From Mycobacterium tuberculosis H37Rv (GTDB lineage Bacteria > Actinomycetota > Actinomycetes > Mycobacteriales > Mycobacteriaceae), in assembly GCF_000195955.2 (NCBI RefSeq), contig NC_000962.3, positions 3,030,001 through 3,062,000 on the forward strand: a stretch of DNA of 32,000 nucleotides, given 5' to 3'. Made by a program: the position numbers and the translations under genes. Positions 7,437 to 17,675 of the stretch are shown one piece after another (the first letter of the stretch is position 1; every line of letters begins with the position of its first letter). The notes under the pieces are model-generated. The model made no database searches and had not been told where the DNA came from. It worked only from the letters and a program-made list of their open reading frames with translations.

Positions 7437-8914
7437 GGCGCAAACTCGCGCAAGGTGGCAGCCAGCGCCTCCGGGACACGGGCCTTGATCCGGGTGCCCT
7501 CGGGCTTGTGCTCCGCCTGCTGTATCCGCCCATCGGCGTGCACACGGGCCACCAGGTCGCCGCGGTCGTACGGGATCACCACGTCGACGGCGGTGTCGGC
7601 GGGCACAACCAGCTCGGCCATCCGCCGTCGGAGCGCATCGATACCGTCGCCGGTGCGGGCGGAAACGAACACCGCGCCGGGCAGCCCGTGCCGCAGCTTG
7701 GCCAGCATCAGGTCGCTAGCGACGTCAACCTTGTTCACTACCAGCAGCTCGGGCGGCGGATCGCCGTCATGGTCGGCGATCACCTCGGAGATCACCTGAC
7801 GGACCGCGTCGATCTGGGCTAGCGGGTGGCCGTCGGATCCGTCCACGACGTGGACCAATAGATCGGCGTGCACGACCTCCTCCAGCGTGGAGCGAAACGC
7901 CTCGACCAACTGGGTGGGCAGGTGCCGCACAAAGCCGACGGTGTCGGTGAGCACGACTGGCCTACCGTCACCGAACTCCGCGCGCCTGGTGGTGGGTTCC
8001 AGGGTGGCAAACAGCGCGTCCTGTACCAGCACCCCGGCCCCGGTCAGCGCGTTGAGCAGGCTGGACTTACCCGCGTTGGTGTAGCCGACAATCGCGATCG
8101 ACGGCACGTCACTGTGCCGGCGACGGCTGCGCTGGGTGTCGCGGACCTGTTTCATGGCCCTGATGTCGCGCCGTAACTTGGCCATCCGCTCGCGGATGCG
8201 GCGTCGGTCAGTCTCGATCTTGGTCTCACCGGGACCGCGCAGACCCACCCCGCCACCACTGCCACCGGCGCGACCGCCCGCCTGCCGTGACATCGACTCA
8301 CCCCAGCCGCGCAGCCGCGGCAGCATGTACTCCATCTGAGCCAGCGACACCTGGGCTTTGCCCTCCCTGCTGGTGGCATGCTGGGCAAAGATGTCGAGGA
8401 TCAGCGCGGTGCGGTCAATAACCTTAACCTGCACAGCCTTTTCCAAGGCGGTCAACTGCGCCGGCGACAGTTCGCCGTCGCAGATGACGGTGTCGGCGCC
8501 GGTCGCCACGATCACTTCGCGGAGTTCGGCCGCTTTGCCCGAGCCGATGTAGGTCGACGGGTCGGGCTTGTCGCGACGCTGGATGAGTCCTTCGAGCACC
8601 TGGGAGCCGGCGGTTTCGGCCAATGCCGCCAGCTCGGCCAGGCTTGCCCGGTTGTCAGCCGCGCTGCCCTCGGTCCACACTCCCACCAACACCACCCGCT
8701 CCAGGCGCAGCTGGCGGTACTCCACCTCGGAGACGTCGGCAAGCTCGGTCGACAACCCGGCAACCCGGCGCAGCGCCGATCTGTCCTCGAGTGCGAGCTC
8801 ACCGAGGCTCGGTGTGAAGTCCGAAAGGCCCGTCTGGGGCGGATCTGGATATGTCATAGCCAGTACCCGATGGTGGCACGTGGCAGCTGGCCGCGCATCT
8901 GAATTTGCCGGCAT
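7427..8914 (-). CDS. hflX: GTPase HflX
   Basis: Track ORF 7427..9232 trimmed to the ATG at 8914 (495 aa). An alternative ATG at 8857 (MTYPDPPQTG) is equally plausible. G1 motif GYTNAGKSSLLNALTG, DTVGF, NKVD. Confidence 0.9.
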   Translation of the reverse strand: MPANSDARPAATCHHRVLAMTYPDPPQTGLSDFTPSLGELALEDRSALRRVAGLSTELADVSEVEYRQLRLERVVLVGVWTEGSAADNRASLAELAALAETAGSQVLEGLIQRRDKPDPSTYIGSGKAAELREVIVATGADTVICDGELSPAQLTALEKAVQVKVIDRTALILDIFAQHATSREGKAQVSLAQMEYMLPRLRGWGESMSRQAGGRAGGSGGGVGLRGPGETKIETDRRRIRERMAKLRRDIRAMKQVRDTQRSRRRHSDVPSIAIVGYTNAGKSSLLNALTGAGVLVQDALFATLEPTTRRAEFGDGRPVVLTDTVGFVRHLPTQLVEAFRSTLEEVVHADLLVHVVDGSDGHPLAQIDAVRQVISEVIADHDGDPPPELLVVNKVDVASDLMLAKLRHGLPGAVFVSARTGDGIDALRRRMAELVVPADTAVDVVIPYDRGDLVARVHADGRIQQAEHKPEGTRIKARVPEALAATLREFAPRA

Positions 8915-8930
8915 AAGCCGCTGCCTGGGA

Positions 8931-9800
8931 TCACCCCATCGCGTTCCACCAATCGTCAGCGAGATCTCCGCGGGCCACCAACACTGACGGCCCACGCAGG
9001 AAGCTGGTGGCATCGGTGACGGTAACCACGACCTCTCCGCCCGGCACGTGCACGGTGAGCGTTCCGGTCGGCGAGCCCACCGCCGCCAACGCGGCGACCG
9101 CGGCCGCAACCGTCCCGGTGCCACACGAGCGGGTTTCCCCCACGCCGCGTTCGTGAACCCGCATCCAGACCGCCCCGTCGACCGGCGCGGTGAGTACCTC
9201 GACATTGACCCCGTCGGGGAACTGCGCACCATCGAAACTCACCGGCGCACCCACGTCCAATGCCGCCAGGCCGTCGACGGTCAGCTGGGAATCCACGCAC
9301 GCCAGATGCGGGTTACCCACATCGACGGCCAGGCCGTGAAACCGCCTGCCACCAACAACAGCCTCCCCTGCGCCCAATCTGTTGGCCTTGCCCATGTCGA
9401 CGGAGACGTCGGCGTAGGCCGCCTCGACGTGGTGGCAGGTGACTGGTCGCGGTCCGGCCAGTGACCCTACGACGAACTCGTCGCGAACCTCCAGGCCACT
9501 GGCACGCAAGTAGTGCGCGAACACTCGCACACCGTTGCCGCACATCTGGGCTGCCGACCCGTCGGCGTTGCGGTAATCCATGTACCAGTCGGTCACGCGG
9601 ACACCCTCGGGCAGGCTGTCCAGCACTCCTACCGCCTGGGCGGCTCCGGCGGTCGTAACCCGCAACACCCCGTCGGCGCCCAGCCCCTTCCGCCGGTCGC
9701 ACAATGCCGCCACCCGGGCAGCGGTGAGCACCAACTCGGCGTCGACGTCAGGCAGCAACACGAAGTCGTTCTGGGTACCGTGGCCCTTCGCGAAGATCAT
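8931..9800 (-). CDS. dapF: Diaminopimelate epimerase
   Basis: Track ORF starts at the GTG at 9809. The ATG at 9800 has GAGGAG 8 nt upstream ([16 protein letters not shown]). Catalytic-Cys contexts are MCGNGVRVF and [10 protein letters not shown]. 289 aa. Confidence 0.93.
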   Translation of the reverse strand: MIFAKGHGTQNDFVLLPDVDAELVLTAARVAALCDRRKGLGADGVLRVTTAGAAQAVGVLDSLPEGVRVTDWYMDYRNADGSAAQMCGNGVRVFAHYLRASGLEVRDEFVVGSLAGPRPVTCHHVEAAYADVSVDMGKANRLGAGEAVVGGRRFHGLAVDVGNPHLACVDSQLTVDGLAALDVGAPVSFDGAQFPDGVNVEVLTAPVDGAVWMRVHERGVGETRSCGTGTVAAAVAALAAVGSPTGTLTVHVPGGEVVVTVTDATSFLRGPSVLVARGDLADDWWNAMG

Positions 9801-9824
9801 CTGCGCCACTCCTCAATCACCAGA

Positions 9825-10769
9825 TCAGGTTACGTGCCGCCATAACCGCACGGCGTCGTCGACCAGTCGTGCGCGGTCCGGTGAGCTGGCCACACCGGCG
9901 TCGAGCCAGTGCACCCGGTGGTCTCGGCGAAACCAGGACCGCTGCCGTCGCACGTAGCGGCGGGTGCCCAGGTACGTCTGCTCCCGCGCGGCGCGCATCA
10001 TGTCAGCTCCAGCACCGGCGTCCAGAGCGGCTATTACCTGCGCGTAGCCCAGCGCGCGTGACGCGGTGACCCCCTCGCGCAGACCATTGCGGAGCAGAGT
10101 GCGTACCTCTTCAACCAGGCCCTGATCAAACATCAGGTCGGTGCGACGGGCCAACCGCTCGTCGAGAATCGTTGTCTGACAGTCCAACCCGACGATAACC
10201 GTGTCCCACCGCGGCGCACCGATGCGTGGCGCGGACGCGGCAAATGGCTGCCCGGTGAGTTCGACCACCTCGAGCGCCCGCACCGTGCGCCGGGCATCTG
10301 TGGGCAGGATTGCCGCGGCTGCAGCCGGGTCTCGGCGGGCTAACTCGGCGTGCAGCCGATCCACCCCGACCTCGGCCAGACGCCGCTCCCATCTCGCGCG
10401 TACTGAAGGATCGGTTGCGGGAAACGACCAGTCGTCGAGCAGGGATTGGACATACAGCATCGAGCCGCCCACCACGACCGGCACCGCTCCCCGGGCTGCG
10501 ATCGCCTCGATGTCCGCCGCGGCGGCCCGCTGGTAGCGCGCCACGGTCGCGGTTTCGGTGACATCCAGGACATCGAGTTGATGATGCGGGATGCCACGGC
10601 GCTCGCTGACGGGCAGCTTCGCCGTCCCGATGTCCATGCCGCGATACAGCTGCATCGCGTCGGCGTTCACGATCTCCACGCTCACCCTGGCGCCGAGCCG
10701 CGCGGCGACGTCGAGCGCCAACTGGGACTTGCCGGCGCCCGTCGGTCCGATAATCGCCAACGGTCTCAC
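9825..10769 (-). CDS. miaA: tRNA dimethylallyltransferase
   Basis: 314-aa ORF with P-loop [17 protein letters not shown] and a GTG start. Its start overlaps the stop of the upstream ORF (GTGA). Confidence 0.95.
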
Positions 10770-11461
10770 GGCTGCCAGACACCGGCGAAATACCCCACGC
10801 CGTGTGGCGCTCCTCGGTAGAACTCCTTGGCCGATCGCGGTCCTGGCTCGGCCAGGCCGGCCAGCACCTGAAATGCCACCCGCCCAAGCACCTGTGCGGG
10901 CAGCCGGGTCAAGACGGCGAGGTCGCCGCTGGCCAACGCGTCGTCGAGAGCCCGCTGCATACCGGCGCCGTCGGGGTCATAGCCGCCGGGAGCGCGGGGC
11001 GTCAGGGTGTTCAGGCCGTCGGCGACGACTAGTACCCCGATCGGATCGGGCTCCCGGTCGATGTCGGCTCGCAGTTGCCTGCCACGTGCCACCGCGGCAT
11101 CGGAACCGTGGTCGCTGGCATAGACGTGGACCTGTGCCCTGGCCTCAGGCCGGGCCTGGCCCCGTACCCAGGCGGTAAGTAGCGCACACAGGGGTAATTC
11201 CACCGGAACGGCAACTCCGTCACCGTCCTGCGGCGCGAGCCCGACTCGCACGTCGGCGCCGAAGCCCGCAAAGGTGCCGACGTCGGTGGGGCGCACGACG
11301 TCGTCGGCGCGCCCGGTTCCGACAGCAATCCAGCTTTTCGGCAACAAGGAGGCCGCCGCGATCACCGCGGCCCCCAAATCGGCCAGCTCGGCAGCGGCGG
11401 CTCCGGCCAGTTCGGGAACCAACACCGGCGCGGACGGAACGATCCCGATGGCGCTCAACAC
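10766..11461 (-). CDS. Conserved Ala/Val/Leu-rich protein of unknown function (Rv2728c-like)
   Basis: 231-aa ORF with a GTG start and a 4-nt GTGA overlap with miaA, which implies coupling. The N-terminus [12 protein letters not shown] faintly recalls LigB/Memo-type proteins; this is speculative. Confidence 0.8.
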
Positions 11462-11569
11462 AACACAAAGCTAACGCCTTGGCGGGCGGATTCGGCCTCG
11501 TGGAGCAACGGCTGCAAAGAGACCGTGCTGAGAGGCCGACACTGTCCCGCGCTCATTGGCCAGAGACGG

Positions 11570-12475
11570 TCAACGAACCGCAAGCTGGCCCGCGGCCCCC
11601 AATTCGCCGGCGGAAACCGTCATCATCGCGACCTCGTCACGGGCCAAGGCTACGGTCGCGACAACCACCACCACTACCGCTGCCACCAGCGCGACCAGGG
11701 CCACCCGGCCGGTGTGCAGCACCTCATCGAGCACGGTGATCCCCAGCACCGAAGCGATCACCGGCCTCGCCACGGTGATCGTCGGCAACGAGGCGGTTAG
11801 CGCGCCCACCCGCAACGACGACTGCTGAAGCATCAGCCCGATCGGTAGAACCAGGATCCAGGCATACAACGCGGGGGTCCGGATCAGTGTCGCGAACCCC
11901 TCGCCGAGCTCCGTCACGACCCCTTTGGTCAGCACGGTGAATACCGCCAACGTTGCCGACGACGCCACCGCCAGCAGCACCGCGGACAGCGAACCCGAGG
12001 CAATCCGTGCACCAACCACACAAAGCACCACCGCCGGAACAACCACGACAGCAACCACCGCCCAGGTCGAGAAGGGGGCCCGAGTAGTGCCGGCCGCCGG
12101 GTTGCCCGACATGACGATGACGGCCACCGCGCCGGCCAGCAATACCGCCCACATCCACTCCCTGGGAGTACAGCGGTGATGAGTCAACCGAGCATCGATC
12201 AGCAGCGCGAACAACAGTGCGGTGGCCTGCAGCGACTGCACCAACACCACCGAACCCATCGTCAGCGCAATGGCCTGCAGGGTGAAACTGGCGACTGCGG
12301 CCAGGCTGCCCAGCCACCACAGAGCGTGACGCAAAGAGAGGTGGAACAACGTGAAATGGCCGACATATTCTTCAGCGGTGACCTGTCGCGCGGACCGCTG
12401 AAGTGTCACATACCCGATCCCGGCCAGCAACGCGGCGCCCAGCGCCAGAATGGTCGCGAATTCGACGCTGGCCAT
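11570..12475 (-). CDS. Polytopic membrane protein, DMT/EamA-like (Rv2729c-like)
   Basis: Track ORF 11570..12520 trimmed to the ATG at 12475, with GGGAGG about 7 nt upstream. About 9-10 hydrophobic helices. 301 aa. Confidence 0.8.
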   Translation of the reverse strand: MASVEFATILALGAALLAGIGYVTLQRSARQVTAEEYVGHFTLFHLSLRHALWWLGSLAAVASFTLQAIALTMGSVVLVQSLQATALLFALLIDARLTHHRCTPREWMWAVLLAGAVAVIVMSGNPAAGTTRAPFSTWAVVAVVVVPAVVLCVVGARIASGSLSAVLLAVASSATLAVFTVLTKGVVTELGEGFATLIRTPALYAWILVLPIGLMLQQSSLRVGALTASLPTITVARPVIASVLGITVLDEVLHTGRVALVALVAAVVVVVVATVALARDEVAMMTVSAGELGAAGQLAVR

Positions 12476-12541
12476 AGGTGACCTCCCACCGACATTCGGC
12501 CCGGAAGCTGACTGATACATCTCGATTTAAGCAGTTGTTCA

Positions 12542-13018
12542 ATGATGATGAACTGGCGCCAGACAAATATCACAACAAAACGTTGCGCGCAGACGCGTGC
12601 TTCGTCATCGGCTTCGGAATTCTGCGGCATATTCGCTGCGCCGGGATTGATGAGGAATTGCCATCATGGTGGCTCGGCCCCAAGTGCGGTCGGCGGGTCG
12701 GCCGTGCAATTGACCGTTGCTTACGGCCCTCAGCGCTTCCACGGGAGGTGCGCGAGTAACAGCTCGGTTCGGCCCCTTACTACCGGCGGCAGCTGGACCC
12801 CGACCTCGATCAGCTCTACGGATGGCGGAAAAGCACAGGGCCATGACACCCACGATCGGCAAATATCGCGACGAACAGTCTGTCAAGCGGCCTCAATACT
12901 TGCTTCAATACTGTTGGAAACGGTGGCAGGACCGGGTGAGGGCATCGGGCCGACCACATCGGTGCCGCTTCGCGCGGCAGATGCGCGGCATACGCGCGAA
13001 GGGTTGCAAGGTAGGTGA
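12542..13018 (+). CDS. Doubtful hypothetical ORF (Rv2730-like) in a 550-bp lower-GC gap
   Basis: 158-aa track ORF with a low-complexity, non-globular translation and no domain I recognise. The middle part has fairly G/C-rich third positions, so I have not fully dismissed it. Confidence 0.25.
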
Positions 13019-13025
13019 CAAGCGC

Positions 13026-14378
13026 ATGACGGCCGACGAGCCCCGCAGCGACGATTCGTCCGGGTCGGCCCCCCAACCGGCTGCCACGCCGGTGCCCCGC
13101 CCGGGACCGCGTCCCGGCCCCCGGCCGGTGCCGCGACCCACCTCCTACCCGGTGGGTGCGCACCCTCCCAGCGACCCGCACCGTTTCGGCCGTATCGACG
13201 ACGACGGCACGGTGTGGCTGGTCAGTGCGAGCGGCGAGCGTATCGTCGGCTCCTGGCAGGCCGGCGATCCCGAAGCCGCGTTTGCCCATTTCGGCAGGCG
13301 ATTCGATGACCTGAGCACCGAAATCATGCTGATGGACGAGCGGTTGGCGTCCGGCACCGGCGACGCACGCAAGATCAAAGCCCATGCGATCGCGCTGGCC
13401 GAAACGTTGCCGACGGCATGCGTGCTGGGCGATGTCGACGCGCTGGCAGACCGGTTGACAAGCATTCGTGATCGCGCGGAGGTCATCGCTGCCGCCGACC
13501 GCTCCAGACGCGAGGAACATCGAGCCGCCCAGACCGCCCGTAAAGAGGCGCTGGCCGCCGAAGCCGAGGAGCTGGCCGCCAACGCGACACAATGGAAGGT
13601 CGCCGGTGACCGGCTGCGGGCAATCCTCGATGAATGGAAGACGATTAGCGGTGTGGACCGCAAGGTCGATGACGCGCTGTGGAAGCGCTACTCGACGGCC
13701 CGCGATACGTTCAACCGGCGGCGAGGGTCCCACTTCGCCGAATTGGACCGTGAGCGATCCGGCGTCCGGCAAAGCAAGGAACGGCTTTGTGAACGGGCCG
13801 AGGAGTTGTCCGAGTCGACGGACTGGACCGCCACCAGCGCGGAGTTCCGCAAGCTGCTCGCCGACTGGAAAGCGGCGGGACGCGCGAGCAAGGATGTGGA
13901 CGACGCCCTGTGGCGTCGCTTCAAGGCCGCGCAGGACTCCTTCTTCACGGCTCGCAATGCCGCCACCGCCGAGAAGGAGGCCGAGTTGCGAGCCAATGCC
14001 GACGCCAAGGAGGCGCTGCTGGCCGAAGCGGAGCGGCTCGACACGACAAACCACGAGGCCGCTCGAGCAGCGCTGCGGTCGATCGCCGAGAAGTGGGACG
14101 CGATCGGCAAGGTGTCGCGGGAGCGGGCCGCGGAGCTGGAGCGGCGACTACGCGCGGTCGAGAAAAAGGTGCGAGAAGCCGGCGAAGCGGATTGGTCCGA
14201 CCCGCAGGCGCGGGCCCGCGCCGAGCAGTTCCGCGCCCGGGCCGAGCAGTTTGAACACCAGGCCGAGAAGGCAGCAGCGGCCGGTCGCACCAAGGAAGCC
14301 GACGAGGCGAAGGCGAACGCCGAACAATGGCGGCAGTGGGCCGAGGCAGCCGCCGACGCGTTGACCCGACGCCCCTAA
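13026..14378 (+). CDS. DUF349 repeat protein with a Pro/Arg-rich N-terminus (Rv2731-like)
   Basis: Track ORF 12717..14378 trimmed to the ATG at 13026 ([10 protein letters not shown]). It has repeated D-x-LW-x-R-F/Y...F helical units ([28 protein letters not shown]) typical of DUF349. 450 aa. Confidence 0.88.
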
Positions 14379-14989
14379 CGGTCGGTGCCGCGGTCGGGCG
14401 TTGTCCCGGCCTCGGAGTCCGTTTGCACGTGGTCCAGCAGCGTCTTGCACTGTTGTTGCGCGACGACGCGGCGACGCCGCTCCTCGGCTGCGAGCTGCAC
14501 GATGGTGCGCGACCACACCACCTGGGCCCAGTGGAATGTCAACACGATCGCGGTGATCCAGGCGACGATGAGCCCGATACCGGGGCCGGGATGACCGGCG
14601 GCGACCGTCTGACGCGACCATACGGCCAGCAGCCCGGTACCGCTGGCCATCGCCGAACCCGCCAGCGCCACCCAAGCCAGCGCCCACCGCCGGGTGAGCA
14701 ACGCCAGCATCGAGAAGCCAACGCCGAACACCAGCGCCAACCAGGCGAATACCCGCGAGGGCAGCGCGACGGCGGCCCTGCCGGCGCCGTGGCTGCTGAA
14801 CAACACATCCCAGCCGCGCACGCTTCCGGTATGCGGCAGGATAAACGACCCCAACAGCACGAACACCAGGATTGCGACAACCAAAGCCCTCGCGCCTGGC
14901 TCGATTTCGCGCGCAACGCGGCGTTCTGCCGCCTCGATCTCAGCGCGGAGGGCGTCGAGATCCCCGGCGTCGTGTTCGTGGCTCATCAT
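14375..14989 (-). CDS. Small conserved membrane protein (Rv2732c-like)
   Basis: Track ORF trimmed to the ATG at 14989, which forms an ATGA overlap with the miaB stop. Four hydrophobic segments. The stop overlaps the convergent Rv2731-like stop (CTAA). Confidence 0.8.
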
Positions 14990-16524
14990 CTGCATCCTCC
15001 GGGCTTGGCCGCGCTGACCGGCAGCCCGACCCCAGGCATGCCCAGGCCGACGGCGCGCCCCGGCTGCCCGGCGGTGTGCGCGTCGCCGGCGCGGGTGCGG
15101 CGGTGGGTCAGGACGCCGGCGTCGGCGATGAGGTGGTGCGGCGCCGCTTCGGTGACCTTCGTGGTGATGACGTCGCCGGGACGCACGCGCGGCTGGCCGG
15201 CGGTGAAGTGCACCAGGCGCCCGTCGCGCGCCCGCCCGCTCATGCGCGCCGTGACGGTGTCCTTGCGCCCTTCCCCGGTGGCCACCAGCACCTCGACGGC
15301 CTGCCCGACCAGGGCGCGGTTGGCTTCCAGCGAGATTTGCTCCTGCAGCGCGATCAGGCGTTCATAGCGTTCCTGCACAACGGCTTTCGGCAGCTGTCCG
15401 TCGAGTTGCGCGGCCGGTGTCCCGGGCCGCTTGGAGTATTGGAAGGTAAATGCGGCCGCGAAGCGGGCCCGGCGCACCACGTCGAGCGTGGCCGCGAAGT
15501 CCTCTTCGGTCTCCCCGGGGAAACCGACGATCAGATCGGTGGTAATCGCGGCATGCGGGATGGCCGCCCGCACGCGCTCGATGATGCCGAGGTAGCGCTC
15601 GGCACGATAGGACCGCCGCATCGCGCGCAGGATCCGGTCGGATCCGGACTGTAGCGGCATGTGCAGCGCGGGGCAGACGTTGCGCGTCTGCGCCATCGCC
15701 TCGATGACGTCGTCGGTGAATTCGGCCGGGTGTGGGGAGGTGAACCGGACCCGCTCCAGCCCGTCGATGTCTCCGCAGGCCCGCAGCAACTCGGCGAAAG
15801 CTCCCCGATTACGGGGCAATGCGGGGTCGGCGAACGAGACGCCGTAGGCGTTGACGTTTTGGCCGAGCAGGGTGACTTCGAGCACACCGTCGTTCACCAA
15901 GGACCGCACCTCGGCCAGGATGTCTGCCGGGCTGCGGTCGACCTCCCTACCCCGCAGCGACGGGACGATGCAGAACGTGCAGCTGTTGTTGCAGCCCACC
16001 GAGATGGAAACCCACGCGGCATAGGCAGATTCGCGGGAGCTGGGCAGCGACGACGGGAACTGTTGCAGCGCCTCGGCGATTTCGACCTGGGCGACCTTGT
16101 TGTGCCGGGCGCGCTCCAGCAGCGTGGGCAAAGACCCGATGTTGTGGGTGCCGAAGACAACGTCTACCCACGGCGCCCTGCGCAGCACGGCGTCGCGGTC
16201 TTTTTGCGCCAGGCAGCCACCGACCGCGATTTGCATGTCGGGATTGGCGCGCTTGCGCGGGGCCAGATGGCTGAGGTTGCCGTACAGCCTGTTGTCGGCG
16301 TTCTCGCGGACGGCGCAGGTGTTGAACACCACGACGTCGGCCTCGGAACCGTCGGTCGCCCTCCGGTAGCCGGCCGCTTCCAGCAGACCCGCCAGCCGCT
16401 CGGAGTCGTGGACGTTCATCTGACAGCCGTAGGTGCGGACCTGATAGGTGCGCGCTGGCGCTCGCCGCACGGGCGGCCCGGCGCCCTCGCCGGTCACCCC
16501 CGCGGCGGCATCGTGCGCCACCAT
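14986..16524 (-). CDS. miaB: tRNA-2-methylthio-N6-dimethylallyladenosine synthase (radical SAM methylthiotransferase)
   Basis: Track ORF 14986..16623 trimmed to the ATG at 16524 (512 aa). It has a UPF0004 domain ([16 protein letters not shown]), a radical-SAM CxxxCxxC ([12 protein letters not shown]) and a TRAM-like C-terminus. Confidence 0.93.
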
Positions 16525-16749
16525 CGAAGTCACGGGGCCATGGTACGGCGGCTGGGCGGCTCGCGGCCCAGCGGATGGTGTCGCCTCGTCGCAGCATCGG
16601 GCTAGCGGGGACGCGCTCGACACGGTGGCCGATCACGGCTTCGCTGCACACCGGCTCGAAGAAGTCGGCCACGCGCATGAGGTAGTCGCGTCGTCACCGA
16701 CACTATGGCTCGCTTGCCTCTAAAGCATCGCTTATGCCACAGACCAGAC

Positions 16750-16772
16750 TTGTCGGAGCCGCTGTCTAGCAT
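16750..16772 (+). promoter_or_regulatory. RecA-NDp (PafBC-type) DNA-damage promoter motif upstream of the DUF5131 gene
   Basis: TTGTCGGAG-CCGCTGTC-TAGCAT versus tTGTCRgtg-N8-TAnnnT. The -10 element ends 48 nt before the ATG at 16821. Compare the recA copy in this window, TTGTCAGTG-GCTGTCTC-TAGTGT. Confidence 0.5.
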
Positions 16773-16820
16773 CGGGGACCGGGTGCTCGGCGCGGACAAA
16801 CGTCATGAAGGGAATCGATA

Positions 16821-17675
16821 ATGTCGGATCGCTCAGCGATCGAATGGACGGGGGCAACCTGGAACCCGGTCACCGGATGCGACCGTGTATCGCCGGGATG
16901 TGACCACTGCTACGCAATGACGTTAGCGAAGCGGCTAAAGGCGATGGGCTCCGACAAGTATCAAACCGATGGTGACCCCAGAACCTCCGGTCCGGGATTT
17001 GGCGTCACCATCCATCCCCGCAGTCTTGACGAGCCGTTCCGGTGGCGAAGCCCCCGCACAGTGTTCGTGAACTCGATGGCGGACCTATTTCACGCCAGGG
17101 TGGCGCTCTGGTTCATTAGGGAAGTGTTCGAGGTGATGCGAGCCACACCACAGCACACTTACCAGATCTTGACCAAGCGCAGCCTGCGACTGCGTCGCCT
17201 CGCTCACAAGCTGGAGTGGCCCTCGAACGTTTGGATGGGGGTGTCGGTGGAAAATGTCGACGCCTTCCGCCGTATCGAGGACCTACGACAGGTGCCCGCA
17301 GCAGTAAGGTTCCTCTCCTGCGAGCCATTACTCGGGCCCCTGGACGGAATAAATCTAGGTTCGATTGATTGGGTTATCGCCGGAGGCGAATCTGGTCCAA
17401 ATTTCCGCCCGATCGATCCACAATGGGTTCGCCATATTCGCGATACCTGTACTGCCGCTGATGTCCCATTCTTCTTCAAGCAATGGGGCGGTAGAACACC
17501 AAAGGCATTTGGACGTGAACTCGACGGACGTTGTTGGGATGAAATGCCGCTTATTGAGATTAGAAACCCGGATCCTCGGACCACCAGCCGCGTGCACGCG
17601 GATCCCATGTTGGCGACGGCGCCCACAGAATCTGCCCAGCGTTCGAATCCTGGACAGCTAGTTCGCCAACGCTGA
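16821..17675 (+). CDS. Three-Cys-motif protein of the phage Gp37/Gp68 family (DUF5131; Rv2734-like)
   Basis: 284 aa. Motifs: IEWTGATWNPVTGC-x6-C-x2-CYA (Cys20/27/30), FVNSMADLFH, FLSCEPLLGPL, DWVIAGGESG, VPFFFKQWGG. GAAGGGA lies 8 nt upstream of the ATG. GC is lower than in the flanks. Confidence 0.88.
   Translation: MSDRSAIEWTGATWNPVTGCDRVSPGCDHCYAMTLAKRLKAMGSDKYQTDGDPRTSGPGFGVTIHPRSLDEPFRWRSPRTVFVNSMADLFHARVALWFIREVFEVMRATPQHTYQILTKRSLRLRRLAHKLEWPSNVWMGVSVENVDAFRRIEDLRQVPAAVRFLSCEPLLGPLDGINLGSIDWVIAGGESGPNFRPIDPQWVRHIRDTCTAADVPFFFKQWGGRTPKAFGRELDGRCWDEMPLIEIRNPDPRTTSRVHADPMLATAPTESAQRSNPGQLVRQR

Noticed and set aside
12816-14054. 412-aa minus-strand ORF antisense to the DUF349 gene. Similar long antisense or off-frame ORFs occur at 15661..16605, 20195..21283, 22047..22868, 27380..28570 and 29837..31693.
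   Set aside because: All lie entirely inside well-supported genes on the other strand. Their translations are Arg/Gly/Pro/His-rich and low in complexity, with no recognisable motifs. This is the expected shadow-ORF artefact of GC3-rich coding DNA.
16697-16705. CACCGACAC on the plus strand (GTGTCGGTG on the minus strand) upstream of miaB as another RecA-NDp promoter.
   Set aside because: Eight nucleotides downstream on the minus strand there is ACTACC rather than TAnnnT. The hexamer and spacing requirement is not met, and the site is about 175 nt from the miaB start.
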